A stretch of DNA of 64,000 nucleotides, taken from the NCBI RefSeq assembly GCF_009914755.1, contig NC_060933.1. One strand, 5' to 3'. The DNA is from the human T2T-CHM13v2.0 reference genome, Homo sapiens. A program made the position numbers and the translations under genes. The notes under the pieces are model-generated. The model worked only from the letters and a program-made list of their open reading frames with translations, was not told the origin of the DNA and did not search any database. Of this stretch, positions 1-59,344 are shown one piece after another; the first letter of the stretch is position 1; each line of letters starts with the position of its first letter.

Positions 1-42
1 AACATTGATTAGGAATTTTAGATTTAGATTTTTTTTCTTTAC

Positions 43-44175
<44,133 letters not shown>

Positions 44176-44277
44176 TCCGGCCTACGGCACGTCCCTACCT
44201 CAGCTGAACCGCTGGGACCAACACGCCGTACCGCAGCCGCGCACGCCCAGCACGCCACTCCCGGCCTGGCCGGGGCC

Positions 44278-44285
44278 TGACGTCA
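44278..44285. promoter_or_regulatory. Full palindromic CRE (CREB/ATF) site
   Basis: TGACGTCA about 100 bp upstream of the ATG. Confidence 0.7.
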
Positions 44286-44397
44286 TCACATCGCGACGCT
44301 AGCTGATCCCGCCCGGATTACCTGGGCTCTGGACGAGAACTGCCTCGTCCCTTAGCCACACCCCCCGGGGAGGTGGGCTCTCCCCGACGACAGCTGG

Positions 44398-44415
44398 ACA
44401 CGCCCCTGGGCGTGT
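44398..44415. promoter_or_regulatory. ZTRE-type zinc-repression palindrome
   Basis: ACACGCCC-CT-GGGCGTGT perfect inverted repeat fitting the ZTRE pattern C[AC]C[TAG]CC[TC]-N-[GA]G[ATC]G[TG]G as recalled; second match at 44357-44377. Confidence 0.6.
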
Positions 44416-44949
44416 TCTGTGAACCTGAGCGACGCTGCGGAGAGCCCTTAGGGCGCACTAACCACCTGTCTGAAGGTGTCACTGGCGCCTAGAGCCTTAA
44501 TAAGCTACTGGCTGTAGGTAGAGCTGAGGCTAGCCTGCTGGAAATCTGGAGTGGGTAACCTGACCTAACCAGTTCCCACAGGGCATAGATTTTATCAACT
44601 TGATTTTTTAGTCTCGTTAAAAAAAAAAGTTTTAATTCATAGGGGAAAGAATGGAAGGTTATAACATTACAATTTTAATTGTAATTTTTATACCTGAAGG
44701 ATAACCAGTGACAATTTTTTCTTTTTTTATTATTACATATTATATATGTAATTCCAAATTTTTAGTATTCATGCATCACTTTTATTTACTTTTTTCTCAT
44801 TATTTATTTGGACCTCAGGTAATCTAAGTTCATTAATCATATTTGCTGGTGCATGACACTCTCATCACTAATCCATAGATAGCCCTTCTTTCTAATATAA
44901 ATTTATAGTGAACTCCTTTGACCTCATTCCTGACGTAAAAGCATTACCA

Positions 44950-45600
44950 GTAAGTTACACGTACCTATGTGCACCGCCCCCGCTTCCAATCCACAGCCTG
45001 CCCCATAAGATAGTAACAACAGTCATGAATTGGTTCTGGATTGCTGATCATTCCCTGTTTTCTTTTTAGTTTTATCACATATCCCACGTATGTACTTAGA
45101 GAATATGTTGTTTAATTTTGGGTGTTTTTGAGCTTCATAAAATTATCCATATAATATATAAACTCCTGAGGCTTGCTATATTTTTCAGCATCACTGCTGT
45201 CTTGTATTCTATTGTGTGGCTACACGGCAATTTATTCATTTCCTCTCAATTGTTCCAGGTTTTGCTCTTATGAACAGGGCTGCTATGAACATTTTTCCTG
45301 ACATATGTGTGTGCAACTTCCTCTTGAGTGTCTGTGTAAGAGTTGAATTGCTGGGTCCTAGATTATTCAAATGTTTTACTTCACAAGAAAATGCACAATT
45401 ATTTTTCAAAATGTTTGTACAAATTGATACATTTTCCCAGCAAATTATAAGAGATCTCATTGGTCTGTATGTCAATATTATCAGGCATGCATTTTTCACC
45501 AATCAATTGAGTACAAAAGAAGACTTCATTGTGATCTTCATTTGCATTTCCTTGATTACTAACAAGGTTGAGAATCTTTTCATGTGTTTTGGCAATATTT
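44950..45600 (-). mobile_element. Old L1M fragment
   Basis: ggctgctatgaacatttt...atttgcatttccttgattactaacaaggttgag; ORF 45236..45502 has L1 ORF2 C-terminal-like MFIAALFI. Confidence 0.75.
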
Positions 45601-46340
45601 AATTCTTAGAATGACCCTGTAGAGTGTTATCCCTCTTTAAAACATGAGGCACCAAGAGTTAAGTTACTTGTCCAGGTTAGGTCATAAAAATCTATCTGAT
45701 GCACAAGTAGAATGTTTTACTACTATCCTGATGCCAGATAAAAGGTTGACTTTTCCTTCCTTCTCTGAAATTCCCCATAAAATATACTGTGTGTATTCCA
45801 TTAGTTCTACTGATAAGTACATATAACTTGAAAGTATTTATCACGCCTTTTGCAGAACACAGTTAAGACAGAGGGTTTATATTTGTGCAAATGAGTATAT
45901 TATATTCACACATACACTCGGTCTGAGAAATCAGGTCTTGAATGCTTTGCCAGCTTTGACAATGTAACCATGAACCAGCTGAGGAAGAAATAAGGCAAAT
46001 ACCTTAGGCGTGGTGGTTCAGTTCACTTTATTCTACCAAAGGAGAGAAGCTGTGATGGGTAGCCCAAAATAGATAGCTTACACCCTAAACACAATGGTTC
46101 ATAAGCTTTTTCGTTTCAGGAATGCTATGAAGTATTGATTTTTTTGGCAACCTAAGGGAAGGAGTAACATTGCACCCACAGTCATCACACTATTTGCTTG
46201 ATGTCCCTTCAGCACTGCATTACTGCCTGAATAGCAGCTATTACAGCCCTCACCACCTTCTTTGACATATTTTTAAAAGTACATTCTTGTGGGTTCCCAA
46301 TATGGCACTGGCTGAATGTTATACTAAAATCCCTCTTTCT

Positions 46341-46552
46341 GTTTTTTGAGACAGGGTCTCACTCTGTCGCCCAGCAGGGATTGCATTGGCACGATCACAG
46401 CTCACTGCAGTCCTAAACTCCTGGGCTCAAGTGATCCTCCCATCTCAGCCTCCCAAGTAGCTGGGACTCCAGTCATATGCCATTACATCTGGCTAATTTT
46501 TCTTTTTCTTTTTGGTAGAGACAGGGTCTCACTATGTTGTCCAGTCTGGTCT
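46341..46552 (-). mobile_element. Partial AluJ
   Basis: Reverse Alu right arm and linker. Confidence 0.8.
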
Positions 46553-46689
46553 AAAGTCTCATCTCTAACAATGAGCAACCTGTAACCTATGAGGCCAGCT
46601 CAGTCAGGTTGACCAAATAGCATTGTTGTAACAGTATGTAGCCTCAATGAGAGCAAAATAAGTTTTACACATTGGCCAAAAATTAAATG

Positions 46690-47125
46690 CACCACAAATA
46701 TCTATCAACTGATAGACAACCAAAATGTGACAAATGGATAAACAAAATATGATCTATCCGTACAATGGAAAATTATTTGGCAATAAACAGGAAAAAGGAC
46801 TGATACCTGCTACAAAATGAATCAATCTTGAAAACATTATGGTAAGTGAAAAAAGCTATTCACAAAAGACCACATGTTGTATGATTCCATTTATATAAAA
46901 TAACCAAAATAGGCAAATCTATAGAGACAGAAAGTACATTAATGGTTCCCAGGAGTGGAGGACTGGGGAGAGACTACAGTGGTTTTTGGGCGGTGATGAA
47001 AATGTTCTAAAATTGATTATGGTGATGGTAGTACAACTCTGATTATACTGAAAACCATTGACTTGTACACTTTAAATTGGTGAATTGTATCATATGTGAA
47101 ATTTATCTCAATAAAGCTGCTATTC
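46690..47125 (+). mobile_element. Old L1M (L1MB-type) 3' end
   Basis: cttgaaaacattatggtaagtgaa...tatctcaataaagctg. Confidence 0.8.
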
Positions 47126-47381
47126 TTAAAAGAAATAAACACCTATCTGTGCATCAAAATGGGGTGCCTGTGTGCATTTGTAGAGAAACACTGTCTTCAG
47201 CAGTTTCAAGTTCTGGCCTTAGGCACAAGTATAAAGATTACAGCTTGATAAAATTTTTCCTTTAGTCTGTTCCATATTCCTCTTCAGTTAAGTTTTTATC
47301 TATGGATTCTGTGGAGTCCTGTCATTTTATTTTCTCAGATAGAGTTGTAATTTCAGTTCTCCCAAAATAGCTGGGCATGAC

Positions 47382-47688
47382 TTTTTATTTTTATTTCTTT
47401 TTTCTTTTTGAGATGGAGTCTTGCTCTGTTGCCGAGGCTGGAGTGCAGTGGCACGATCTTGGCTCACTGCAACCTCTGCCTCTGGGTTCAAGCGATTCTC
47501 CTGCCTCAGCTTCCTGAGTAGCTGGGATTACAGGTATGCACCACCACGCCCAGCTAATTTTTGTATTTTTAGTAGAGACGAGGTTTCACCACGTTAGCCA
47601 GGCTGGTCTTGAACTCCTGACCTCCTGATCCATCCACCTTAGCCTCCTAAAGAGCTGGGATTACAGGCGTGAGCCACTGTGCCGGGCT
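47382..47688 (-). mobile_element. AluS
   Basis: Reverse Alu dimer. Confidence 0.9.
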
Positions 47689-47884
47689 TTTTTTTTTTTT
47701 TTTTAACTTATAAGAAGGTTAAATTGTTAAATTGTTAAATTGAAAATGCCTTTTTAAATAAGTATGAAATTTCTTAATTATAATATTTTAGAATCTATTA
47801 CAGTTTCTGATGTAACTTAAAAATTCCTCCTCATTTAGCTTTGCTATTTTGTCTCATTTACTTTAGGGTAAAACAACAACAACA

Positions 47885-48112
47885 ACAATAGTAATGTTTT
47901 GAGCCCCTAAGCATCTGATAGGCACTGTGTTAAGCACATTAAATGCATTATCCCATTTAACTCTCCAAGGTAAATACTATTTGTGTGCCCATTTTATAGA
48001 TGAGGAAATTGAGGCTTAGAAAAGATAAATACCTTGCTCAAAGTCATACAATCAGTAAATGGCAGCCCTTGGGCTCAATCCAAACCTGCCTGACACTAAA
48101 TCTCCTGCTCTT
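47885..48112 (-). mobile_element. MIR
   Basis: cccattttatagatgaggaaattgaggcttaga MIR core. Confidence 0.8.
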
Positions 48113-48263
48113 TTAAACCAGAAGATCTGCAAACTCTTCTGTAAAACTAGATGATAAATATCTTAGTCTTTACAGATCAAAAAGCAAATTTGAGGACATT
48201 GTGTAGGTACTTATATAATAAGAGAGAGAGCAAATGTCTACAAGTTTGAAATTTGAATTTCAT

Positions 48264-49331
<1,068 letters not shown>

Positions 49332-51005
49332 TGTATAATTTTCACATCACGAAATAATAATCTTCTTTAATTTTTTTTCCAATGTATTAAAAATGTAAAA
49401 ACCATTTGCAGGCTACACAATAAATGGTAGCAGGCTATAGATTCCCAACTCCTGATCTAAGCTAATATAATATACTGTTTTCTTAAGCAGAGTTAATGAA
49501 ATTTTGCAAAATTGGATCCTCCTTGCTCTTTTAAACTCAGTTTGTAAATCACTCACCATTAAAACAATCCTGGACCCTCAAAGGGTTAGGTACCACTGTG
49601 CCAATTACCACAGTGCTAATATTCAGAGGAAGATCTGAAGCTGAGAAGCTTAAACTTTTTTCCCAAGGTCACTAATACCTGGCCTGGGAAAGACCTAATT
49701 AAGGTGAAACTTGAGTCTTTGCATTGTAGTAGGAGTCCTCCTAGGTGGGAGCAGAGCAGAGCAGATAAGCTCTTAAACTGTCTGGATTTCAGCAGCTCAG
49801 CTTTCTGACAATAACCTTGCCATATGTCCTTTGGCACAATTCCCTACTAATTCCCTACTACTCCCCTTTGCTTGGTTCTTCTCTCTTGAATAGTTATGTT
49901 AATCACCATAAGAAAAAGAACTGTAGCTATATCCAAATAAGAAGAAAGCTAAAAATAATACCAACTTAGTTTTGTTTTTCGTTTTTTTCTTTCTCATTTT
50001 TGCAACTTCCTGCAAAGGAAACAACATACTAGTGGCCAGCAATAGCTACTGGTTTAGAGGAAAGGAAACTGAGAGTTTCAAAATTAACCCAGTTCCTCTT
50101 ATCTAGCTGTGGCAAGTAAATAAATAAAATATTTTTAAATGTTTAAAGTTTATCAGTTTATTTAACATTTTTCATTGGGTACACATGAACTTGTTGGGAA
50201 CATATCTAAAAGGCCAGAGGCCAATGGCTTGTATTCTTGTGACTGCTTTGGTTAAGGTTGAATATCAATATTCAAGTGTCATATAGTCGTCTTTTAAGAT
50301 ATACAACCACTGTAAGGACAGGAAAGAATATTTCCTCTCCAGAATACTGAAGATGACTAGCAGGTGAAAAATGTACATTTCAATGTTTTTAGGGGCTGTG
50401 ACATTAAAGGCTGTAAGTAACATTGTTTGAATTCATTATCTTTGGTGGTTAAACCATGCTATTAATAAGTCTTAGCTTACAGTTGAGTCACTTGTAAGTC
50501 AGCTTGCCATGAAATTAAAAAAAAAAAGAAAACACCATTCAAAGCCCTCAAGCTGACAAGTTGAGTGGTGCACCAATCTCTCTAAAAGAAACTATATTTT
50601 AGATACTATAGGAGTGGTGGAATGACAGGAGTGGAGGTTGGGCAAAATGAAAAAAAAATGTTTTGCAATGATGTATGGTGTAATAGTATAGGAGAGAGTC
50701 TAAATAATTTCTTCCATTGTCATTAGAAATTTTAAATGGACATTTGTGGCTATAAGTTTCACTTTCTAATTTTTATAGTGTTAGAGAAGCATATTCCAAA
50801 ATCCATAGGCACCTGCTCATAATTCCTTACACGTAAGTAAAAGGCATGAAACAAATGATCCATCTCCATTCTTCCTTCCCCTTTCTATACCCTCGAAGAG
50901 TGTTTAATCATACTTAATTGAAATACCATGCTACTGGCAAAGCCAGGTCTTTCTGGCTTCAAGACCAGGGTCTTTTGAGTCCTATAGCTCCGTCCTTCAG
51001 TCATT

Positions 51006-51230
51006 GTCTTAGACCTTTTGTGCTGCTATAACAAAATATCCAATACAGGGTAATTTATAAATAATAAAAATTTATTTCTCACAGTTCTAGAGGCTATGAA
51101 GTCCAAAATCAACGTGCCAGGAAGTTTGTGTCTAGTGAGGGCTGGTCTCTGCTTCCAAGATGGTACCTCAAAAGCTGTGTCCTCCTGAGGGGATGAACAC
51201 TGTGTGTTCACCTGGCAGAAGGAGACAGAA
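51006..51230 (-). mobile_element. MaLR LTR fragment (MST/MLT1A-type)
   Basis: gctgctataacaaaata...tttatttctcacagttctagaggct. Confidence 0.8.
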
Positions 51231-51323
51231 ATAAGCTTTCACATTGTTTAAGTTTCTGTTTATGCCACTGAAACTAATCCTAACCAACTTATTTGATTAA
51301 TTGTTTTTTAAATAATATAAGTA

Positions 51324-51612
51324 GGCTGTGCACAGTGGCTCATGCCTGTAATACAAGCACTTTGGGAGGCTGAGGGGAAAGGATCTCTTGAGGCCAGGAG
51401 TTCAAGGTCAACCTGGGCAACATAGCAAGACCCTGTTTCTACAAAAATTTTAAAACTTAGCTGGGCATGGTGGCATGCACCAGTAGTCCCAGCTACTCAG
51501 GAGGCTGAGGTGGGAGGATCACGCAAGCCTAGGAGTTTGAGGTTACAGTGAGCTATGATCACTGCACTGCACTCCAGCCTGGGTGAGAGAGAAAGACCTT
51601 GTTTCTTATTAA
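51324..51612 (+). mobile_element. AluJ followed by a (TA)/(CA)/(TG) tract
   Basis: Alu dimer. Confidence 0.88.
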
Positions 51613-52127
51613 AATATATATACACACACATATATATATATGTGTGTGTATGTATATATATATAGTATTTATATATAAATTATGTATTATACCTGAATGT
51701 ATTATAACTATAAAAAATTCAAACAGTAGAAAAGTATTAGGATAAAACGTGGAGTATCTTTCACTAACCTCAATTTTACTTCCCTTCACCGATATTATAT
51801 AAACACTGTGAGCAATTTAATAGACATAGGTCCAGATTTTTTTGGTCCAATATTACCTTTGCCCCTGCCATGTTAGGTATTTTTCTGTAGGAGAAGCAAG
51901 ATTCCCTCCTGAAAGAATATTCCTGTTTAGACTAAGTCTCATGTATATGAATATATGTATTTGCATACATGTGCATTCATAAAATTATAACAGAAAGATA
52001 GAGTACATTTGTATACATATGTGGCTTTTGTTTTTAATAAATAGGAACATACATAGGCTTTGTTCTGGAGCTTGCTTTCTTCACTTGACAATATGCACTG
52101 ATACTCTTTCCTTCTCACTAGAATTAG

Positions 52128-52528
<401 letters not shown>

Positions 52529-53005
52529 TGACTAACTACCTCTTCAAAACATGCTCGAAAGTAAATTCAACATATTATCAAGAAATATAAGAAAGTATGT
52601 TGATTAGCCATAGCTTGTATGTTTAATAATAAACTTTATTCTTATTCTCCTTTGATATTTTAGACTGGTTAGCTTCGCTTATTAAACTAGTTTACTTCAG
52701 TTATGGAAATATCAAATTCAATATATTTTAATATTAATTTCTTATTAACAGTTCTGGTTACTTATAATTAATATGATTCTACCCATATACTTTATTTTTA
52801 TAGCAAACTCATATTTTGGATTGTGTATTGCTATCCATAAATTTACACATGTACTTTCATAATTTAATTGTGGTTAATGAGTTTTTGGCAGCAGTATACA
52901 ATACACAGATTAAAATTAATTCTGAACTGATGCTAGAAGAAAGATGAGTTCACATATTGCATCTTGATAATAGTGCTGGTTTGTGCCTAAAGTATAGCTT
53001 AGCTA

Positions 53006-53404
<399 letters not shown>

Positions 53405-53659
53405 TCATGTATTTTTGTTCATGAAATTCTGTAAATCATACAAGCTACAGATGGTGACAGCAGTAGAAATATAAATTTTAACACACTTGTGTATGCATTA
53501 ATATGTTCAAAATATATAAAGAAATGGTATTTATATAAATAAATACATATAATTATTTGATCATAATCAGAGGTTAACATGGGTTACCTTTTGGGGAGAG
53601 GAAACAGCAGAGGTGATATGGTTGGCAGACAAAGAGGGTATGGAGAAGTAATCTCCCAC

Positions 53660-55889
53660 TGTATTAGTCTGTTTTCACATTGCTGGGCAATTTGCAAAAG
53701 AAAGAGGTTTATTGGACTTACAGTTCCACATGGCTGGAGAGGCCTCACAATCATGGCAGAAGGTGAAAGGCATGTCTCACCTGGAAGCAGACAAGAGAAG
53801 AGAGCTTGTGCAGGGAAACTCCCCTTTTCAAAACCATCAGATCTCATGAGACTTATTCACTATCACAAAAACAGCATGAGAAAGGCCTGCCCCCATGATT
53901 CAGTTACCTCCCACCGGGTCCCTCCCACAATACATGGGAATCCAAGATAAGATTTGGGTGGGGACACAGCCAAACCATACCATTCCACCCCAGCCCCTCC
54001 CAAATCTCATGTTCTCACATTTTAAAATGAGTCATGGCTTCTCAACCGTCTCCCAAAGTCTTAATTCATTTCAGCATTAATTCATTTCAGTGTTAACTCA
54101 AAAGTCCACAGTCCAAAGTCCAAAGTCTCATCCGAGACAAGGCAAGTCCCTTCCACCTATGGGCCTGTAAAATCAAAAGCGAGTTAGTTACTTCCTAGAT
54201 ATAATGGGGGTACAGCATTGGTAAATACAGCCATCCCAAATGGGAGAAATTGGCCAAAACAAAGGGGATACAGGCCCCATGAAAGTCTGAAATCCAGTGG
54301 GACAGTCAAATCTTAAAGCTCCAAAATGATCTCCTTTGCCTCCATGTCTCACATCCAGGTCATGCTGATGCAAGGGGTTGGTTCCTATGGTCTTGGGCAG
54401 CTCTGCCCCTGAGGTTTTGCAGGGTACAGCCTCTCTCCAGGTTGCTTTCACAGGCTGGCATTGAGTGTCTGTGGCTTTTCTAGGTGCACAGTGCAAGCCG
54501 TCCATGGATCTACCATTCCAGGGTCTAAAGAACAGTGGCCCTCTTCTCACTGCTCCACTAGATGGTGCCCCAGTAGGGACTCTGTTTGGGGGCTCCAATC
54601 TCACATTTCCCTTTCACACTGCCCTAGCAGAGGTTCTCCATGAGGGACCCACCCCTACAGCAAACTTCTACATCTTCTGATATCTAGGCGGAGTTTCCCA
54701 AACCTCAATTCTTGACTTCTGTGCACCCGCAGGCTCAAAGCCATGTGGAAGCTGCCAAGGCTTGGGGCTTGCACCCTCTGAAGCAACAGACAGAGCTGTA
54801 CTTTGGCTCCTTTCATTCATGGCTGGGATGCAGGGTATGAAGTCCCTAGACTGCATACAGCAGAGGGACCCTGGGCCCAGCCCACGAAACCACTTTTTCC
54901 TCCTAAACCTCTGGGCCTGTGATGGGAGGGGCTGCCATGAAGAACTCTGACATGCCCTGGAGACACTTTCCCCATTGTCTTGGGGATTAACATTCAGCTC
55001 CTTGTTACTTATGCAAATTTCTGCAGCCAGCTTGAATTTCTCCTCAGAAAATGGGATTTTCTTTTCTAGCACATTGTCAGGCTGCAAATTTTCCAAACTT
55101 TTGTGCTCTGCTTCCCTTATAAAACTGAATACCTTTAACAGCACCCAAGTCACCTCTTGAATGCTTTGCTGCTTAGAAATTTCTTCTGCCAGGTACCCTA
55201 AATCATCTCTCTCAAGTTAAAAGTTTCACATATATCTATGGCAGGGGCAAAATGCCCCTAGTATCTTTACTAAAACATAAGAAGAGTCACCATTGCTCCA
55301 GTTCCCAACAAGTTTCTTGTTTCCATCTAAGACCACCTCAGCCTGGACTTTATTGTCCATATCACTATCAGCATTTTGGGCAAAGTCGTTCAACAGGTCT
55401 CTAGGAAGCTCCAAACTTTCCCACATATTCCTGTCTTCTGAGCCCTCAAAACTGTTCCAACCTCTGCTTGTTGCCCAGTTCCAAAGTTTCTTCCACATTT
55501 TCAGGTATCTTTTCAGCAGCGCCCCACTCTACTTGTACCAATTTACTGTATTGTTTCATTTTTATGCTGCTGATAAAGACATACCTGAGACTGGGCAATT
55601 TGCAAAAGAAAGAGGTTTATTGGACTTACGGTTCCACATGGCTGGGGAGGCCTCACAATCATGGCGGAAGGCAAAAGGCACATCTCACATGGAACCAGAC
55701 AGGAGAAGAGAGATTATGCAGGGAAACTCACCTTTTTAAAACCATCAGATCTTGTGAGACTTTTTCACTATCCCGAGAACAGCACAGGAAAGACCTGCCC
55801 CCATAATTCAATTACCTCCCACCGGGTCCCCCCACAACACATGGGAATTCAAGATGAGATTTGGGTGGGGACACAGCCAAACCATATCA
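53660..55889 (-). mobile_element. Complete THE1 (ERVL-MaLR): 5' LTR 55547-55889, about 1.56-kb internal region, 3' LTR 53660-53982
   Basis: Both LTRs read TG(A/G)TATGGTTTGGCTGTGTCCCCACCCAAATC on the minus strand; internal ORF remnants (MWESLELPRDLLN); TSD CCCAC/CCCCC. Confidence 0.95.
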
Positions 55890-57589
55890 CCCCCCCCAAA
55901 AAAAATCCCGTTTAGATTAAGTTTTATGTTTATGAATATATGTATATGCATACATGTGCATGCAGAAAATTATAACAGAAAGATAGAGTATTACATATGT
56001 AAATATGTATTTTTTATATGTACTGATTTGTAGAATAACAATTATAAGTGATATAAGGTGAAAGAAGCAATTTGTTCATAAGTATGCAGTATGATTCCAT
56101 TTCAGTAAAAATTAACAAAAACATGCTTGTATGTGCATGGGCATATATTAATATGTGCTCATATATATATATGCTATACATATATATATATGTATGCTGA
56201 TATATGTATGTGGAAGCAATATGTTTGTGATGATACACACCCTTGCAATAACATGAACTACCTCAGGGAGTACTATAGATGACAGAGACAATGGGGGAAG
56301 AGGAGCAATGTTACCTTAAAAAAAAACTTTGCATCCTATTACTGGTTACAAGAGGCATATAAAATTATTTTTAAAATTTTAAATAAATATGTTAGCAACC
56401 TTTGTATGGATGGAAAATTTTAAATATGTATGAAAATACTGATCGCGTATACCTTTTGAAATTCTACTGATAGGGATTTATCCTACATATTTACATATAC
56501 AAACATTTATGACATTCATAGCACTATTGTTTTAAAGGTGAAATGTTGGAAACATCCTAGCTATTTAACTATAGGGGAATGGCTAAATAAGTTTGGCTCA
56601 CTCAAAGGATACCATGGAAGAGCAAGGCTTTGCATCGTATTTCGATATGAAACTGTTAGAAGCACCTTTATTTTGAATAGCCTCTAAGAAAAAGTTGGAT
56701 AGAAAGAGTCTAAATGAAATATTCTGATTAATAACAGAACCTATACTATAAGATGGTGAATTTCTGATCAGAAAGGTGAAAAGTTCATCTACAGCTTAAG
56801 TGGACAAATTTAATTTTCTATAACATTCATATCTGATAGATTAAATAAACAGGTACAATTTCCTTAAGAAACATGCTTTATAAGTTTTATGGTCACTACA
56901 TTCTTTAAAGTTAAGGGTTACATTCCTGGGAGATTAAATAAAAACTGCAAAGTTAACAGTTGACTTGCCTGAGGAGCTACTTGTTCTTCCTCAGTAAACA
57001 TTGGAGAGAAAAGTAATATAATATAACAGAAACAGAGCACTCATCTGATAAACATTTAACAGCAAAAGGGGGTTCACAGGCCTTTGCCCTACCTGGCTGG
57101 TGTCCTTTGTTCGTTGTACTTCTGAGGTTGCCAGAATGTAAATGTTCATTTCACTATCTTAAATGAGCAGAGTAATAACCAGAATCAGACTTTGAATTCT
57201 AAAAGCTCTTGGATCAAGAAGATTCTGTCTTTCCAACGTTTGCATCAAATAACATCGTGACCTATACTATCTTTTTTAATATTAAGTGAAGCTTAATCAA
57301 AATTTTAGGTTTAAAATACAAGAGTCATTAAAAAGATACATTGTTAGGTAGAAAAACATGCAGAATAGTATGCTGTTTCATTTGGAGGGGAGGAAAAGAA
57401 AATAGAAAATGCTTAACATAACAATTTTTATTTTTATTACTTCATGTAAGAACTTCTCTACAACCACTGATTTTCTTACTTGCTTTCTAAGCAATGTAGA
57501 ATTTTCGTCACCACTTCACCATTAATTTCTTGTTATTAATCCATTGCCGTTTTCCCAGCTGAAAGAGAAAACTTCCTTTTAATTTTCTA

Positions 57590-58440
57590 ACTCATTTTGA
57601 AACAATTTCAACTTACAAAAGCTACAAAAATAGTAGAGATTCCCATATACCCTTCACTGTGCTTTCCTGAATGTTAATATCTTACTATCACTACCATGAT
57701 CAAAAGCAGGTAATGAGCGTCGATACACTACCATTCACAAAACCAGAGACCTTATTCACATTTTGCCAGTTGTCCCACCGAAGACCTGTTTCTGGGCCAA
57801 GACCTAATCCAGAATCCCACATTGCATTCAGTTGTCACCTCTCAGTCTACTTTAATCAGAAGCATTGCTCAGTCTTTGTCTTCCAGGACCTTGACACTCT
57901 TGAGGAGTACTGGTCAGTTGTTTTGTAGAATGTTCCTTCACTTGGATTTGTCTTATGTTTCAGCATGGTTAAATTCAGGTTTTATATTTTTGGCAGGGAT
58001 ACTACAAGTTGATGTTGCATCCTTCTCTGTGCATCACTTCAGGAGGCACATGACATCCACCTGTGCTTTTACTAGAATGTTAACTTTGTCAGCAGGGTTC
58101 TGCCACAAGAAAATTACTGTTTCCCTGATGCAGTTAATAAGTACCTGATGGGGAGATACTTTGAAACTATGTAAATGTCTTGTGTTTTCATCATACTCTA
58201 GCCCACAGTTGATCATCCATTATTCTTTTTCAAAATTACAGCTTTATTAAAGCACAACTTAGCCACTCATTTAAGTGTACAACTCAATGAGTTTTAATAA
58301 CATTTATACAGTTGTGCCACAATCATCCCAATCCAGTTTTAGAACACTTTCACCATCCCAAAAAATTCCTTTGTGTCTGTGTACAATTAATCTCTTTAGC
58401 TTAGGCCCCAGGTAACCATTGGTCTGCCTTCTGTCTTTGT
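57590..58440 (-). mobile_element. Old L1M (L1MC-type) fragments
   Basis: attgcattcagttgtca...ttgaggagtactggtcagttgttttgtagaatg. Confidence 0.75.
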
Positions 58441-59173
58441 TTATACAATACACTGAATTTTTTCTCATTATTTACTTGCTTGACTTTTTACTCTGAACAA
58501 ATATTAGTTTATGAGTGAGAAGACAATTTCTAACACATTGTTTGGTATATGACACAGGAAAGACACTGACCAGCCTGGAAGTCAAGAGAAATAATGGATT
58601 CTTTAGTGTCAGACTAAACATAAACTTTGAATATTCTAGATATTAGCAGAACCTAAATTATCCAGTTGCCTTAGATCTTCAGTTAATTCATAAAAATAAT
58701 TCCAATTAAATTCTTTCTCTGAATTTATAAAGTCAAAAGCATAACCTTTGATCCTTATAAGCACAAAGCAATTTTGATTTTATCATGTCAACATGCCTTA
58801 GAAAAATGGTAAGGTCCAGGGGTTTTGTTTCTTTGTTTTTTTCTTGTTGTCATTTTGTTTTGTTTTCCTTTGGTTTGTTAGTTTTGAAGGCCTTCACTTT
58901 TTGGTTTGCTGTTTAAAATTATTTTCTTCCGGAGCCAATTTTATTAACCCAGTGAAATATAATTTCAAGGACATTGTGTCTTACCCACACCCTCCAAGGT
59001 ATGTTTTATATAATAAGGCAATGTTGTTAAAATCAGGATAATTTTATTTTTAAAAAACGTATATATCTAGCATCTCTCAAAAGAAAATCCTTAGATCTAG
59101 CAGTACATGGCCCAAGTTTCCACAGCTGGAGCAAGTTGTGGCCATCCACTTTAGATAGAATATGTTTTTTGGT

Positions 59174-59294
59174 TTGCCAAGGCCCCACCTATTCCCTATT
59201 GAATCACATCACAACTGCTTCATTCTTGTAAGCTCCTTATCTAGCCCTGTTGGACACTTGAGTTTGTTTATGTATTTATTTATATATAAATTTT

Positions 59295-59344
<50 letters not shown>

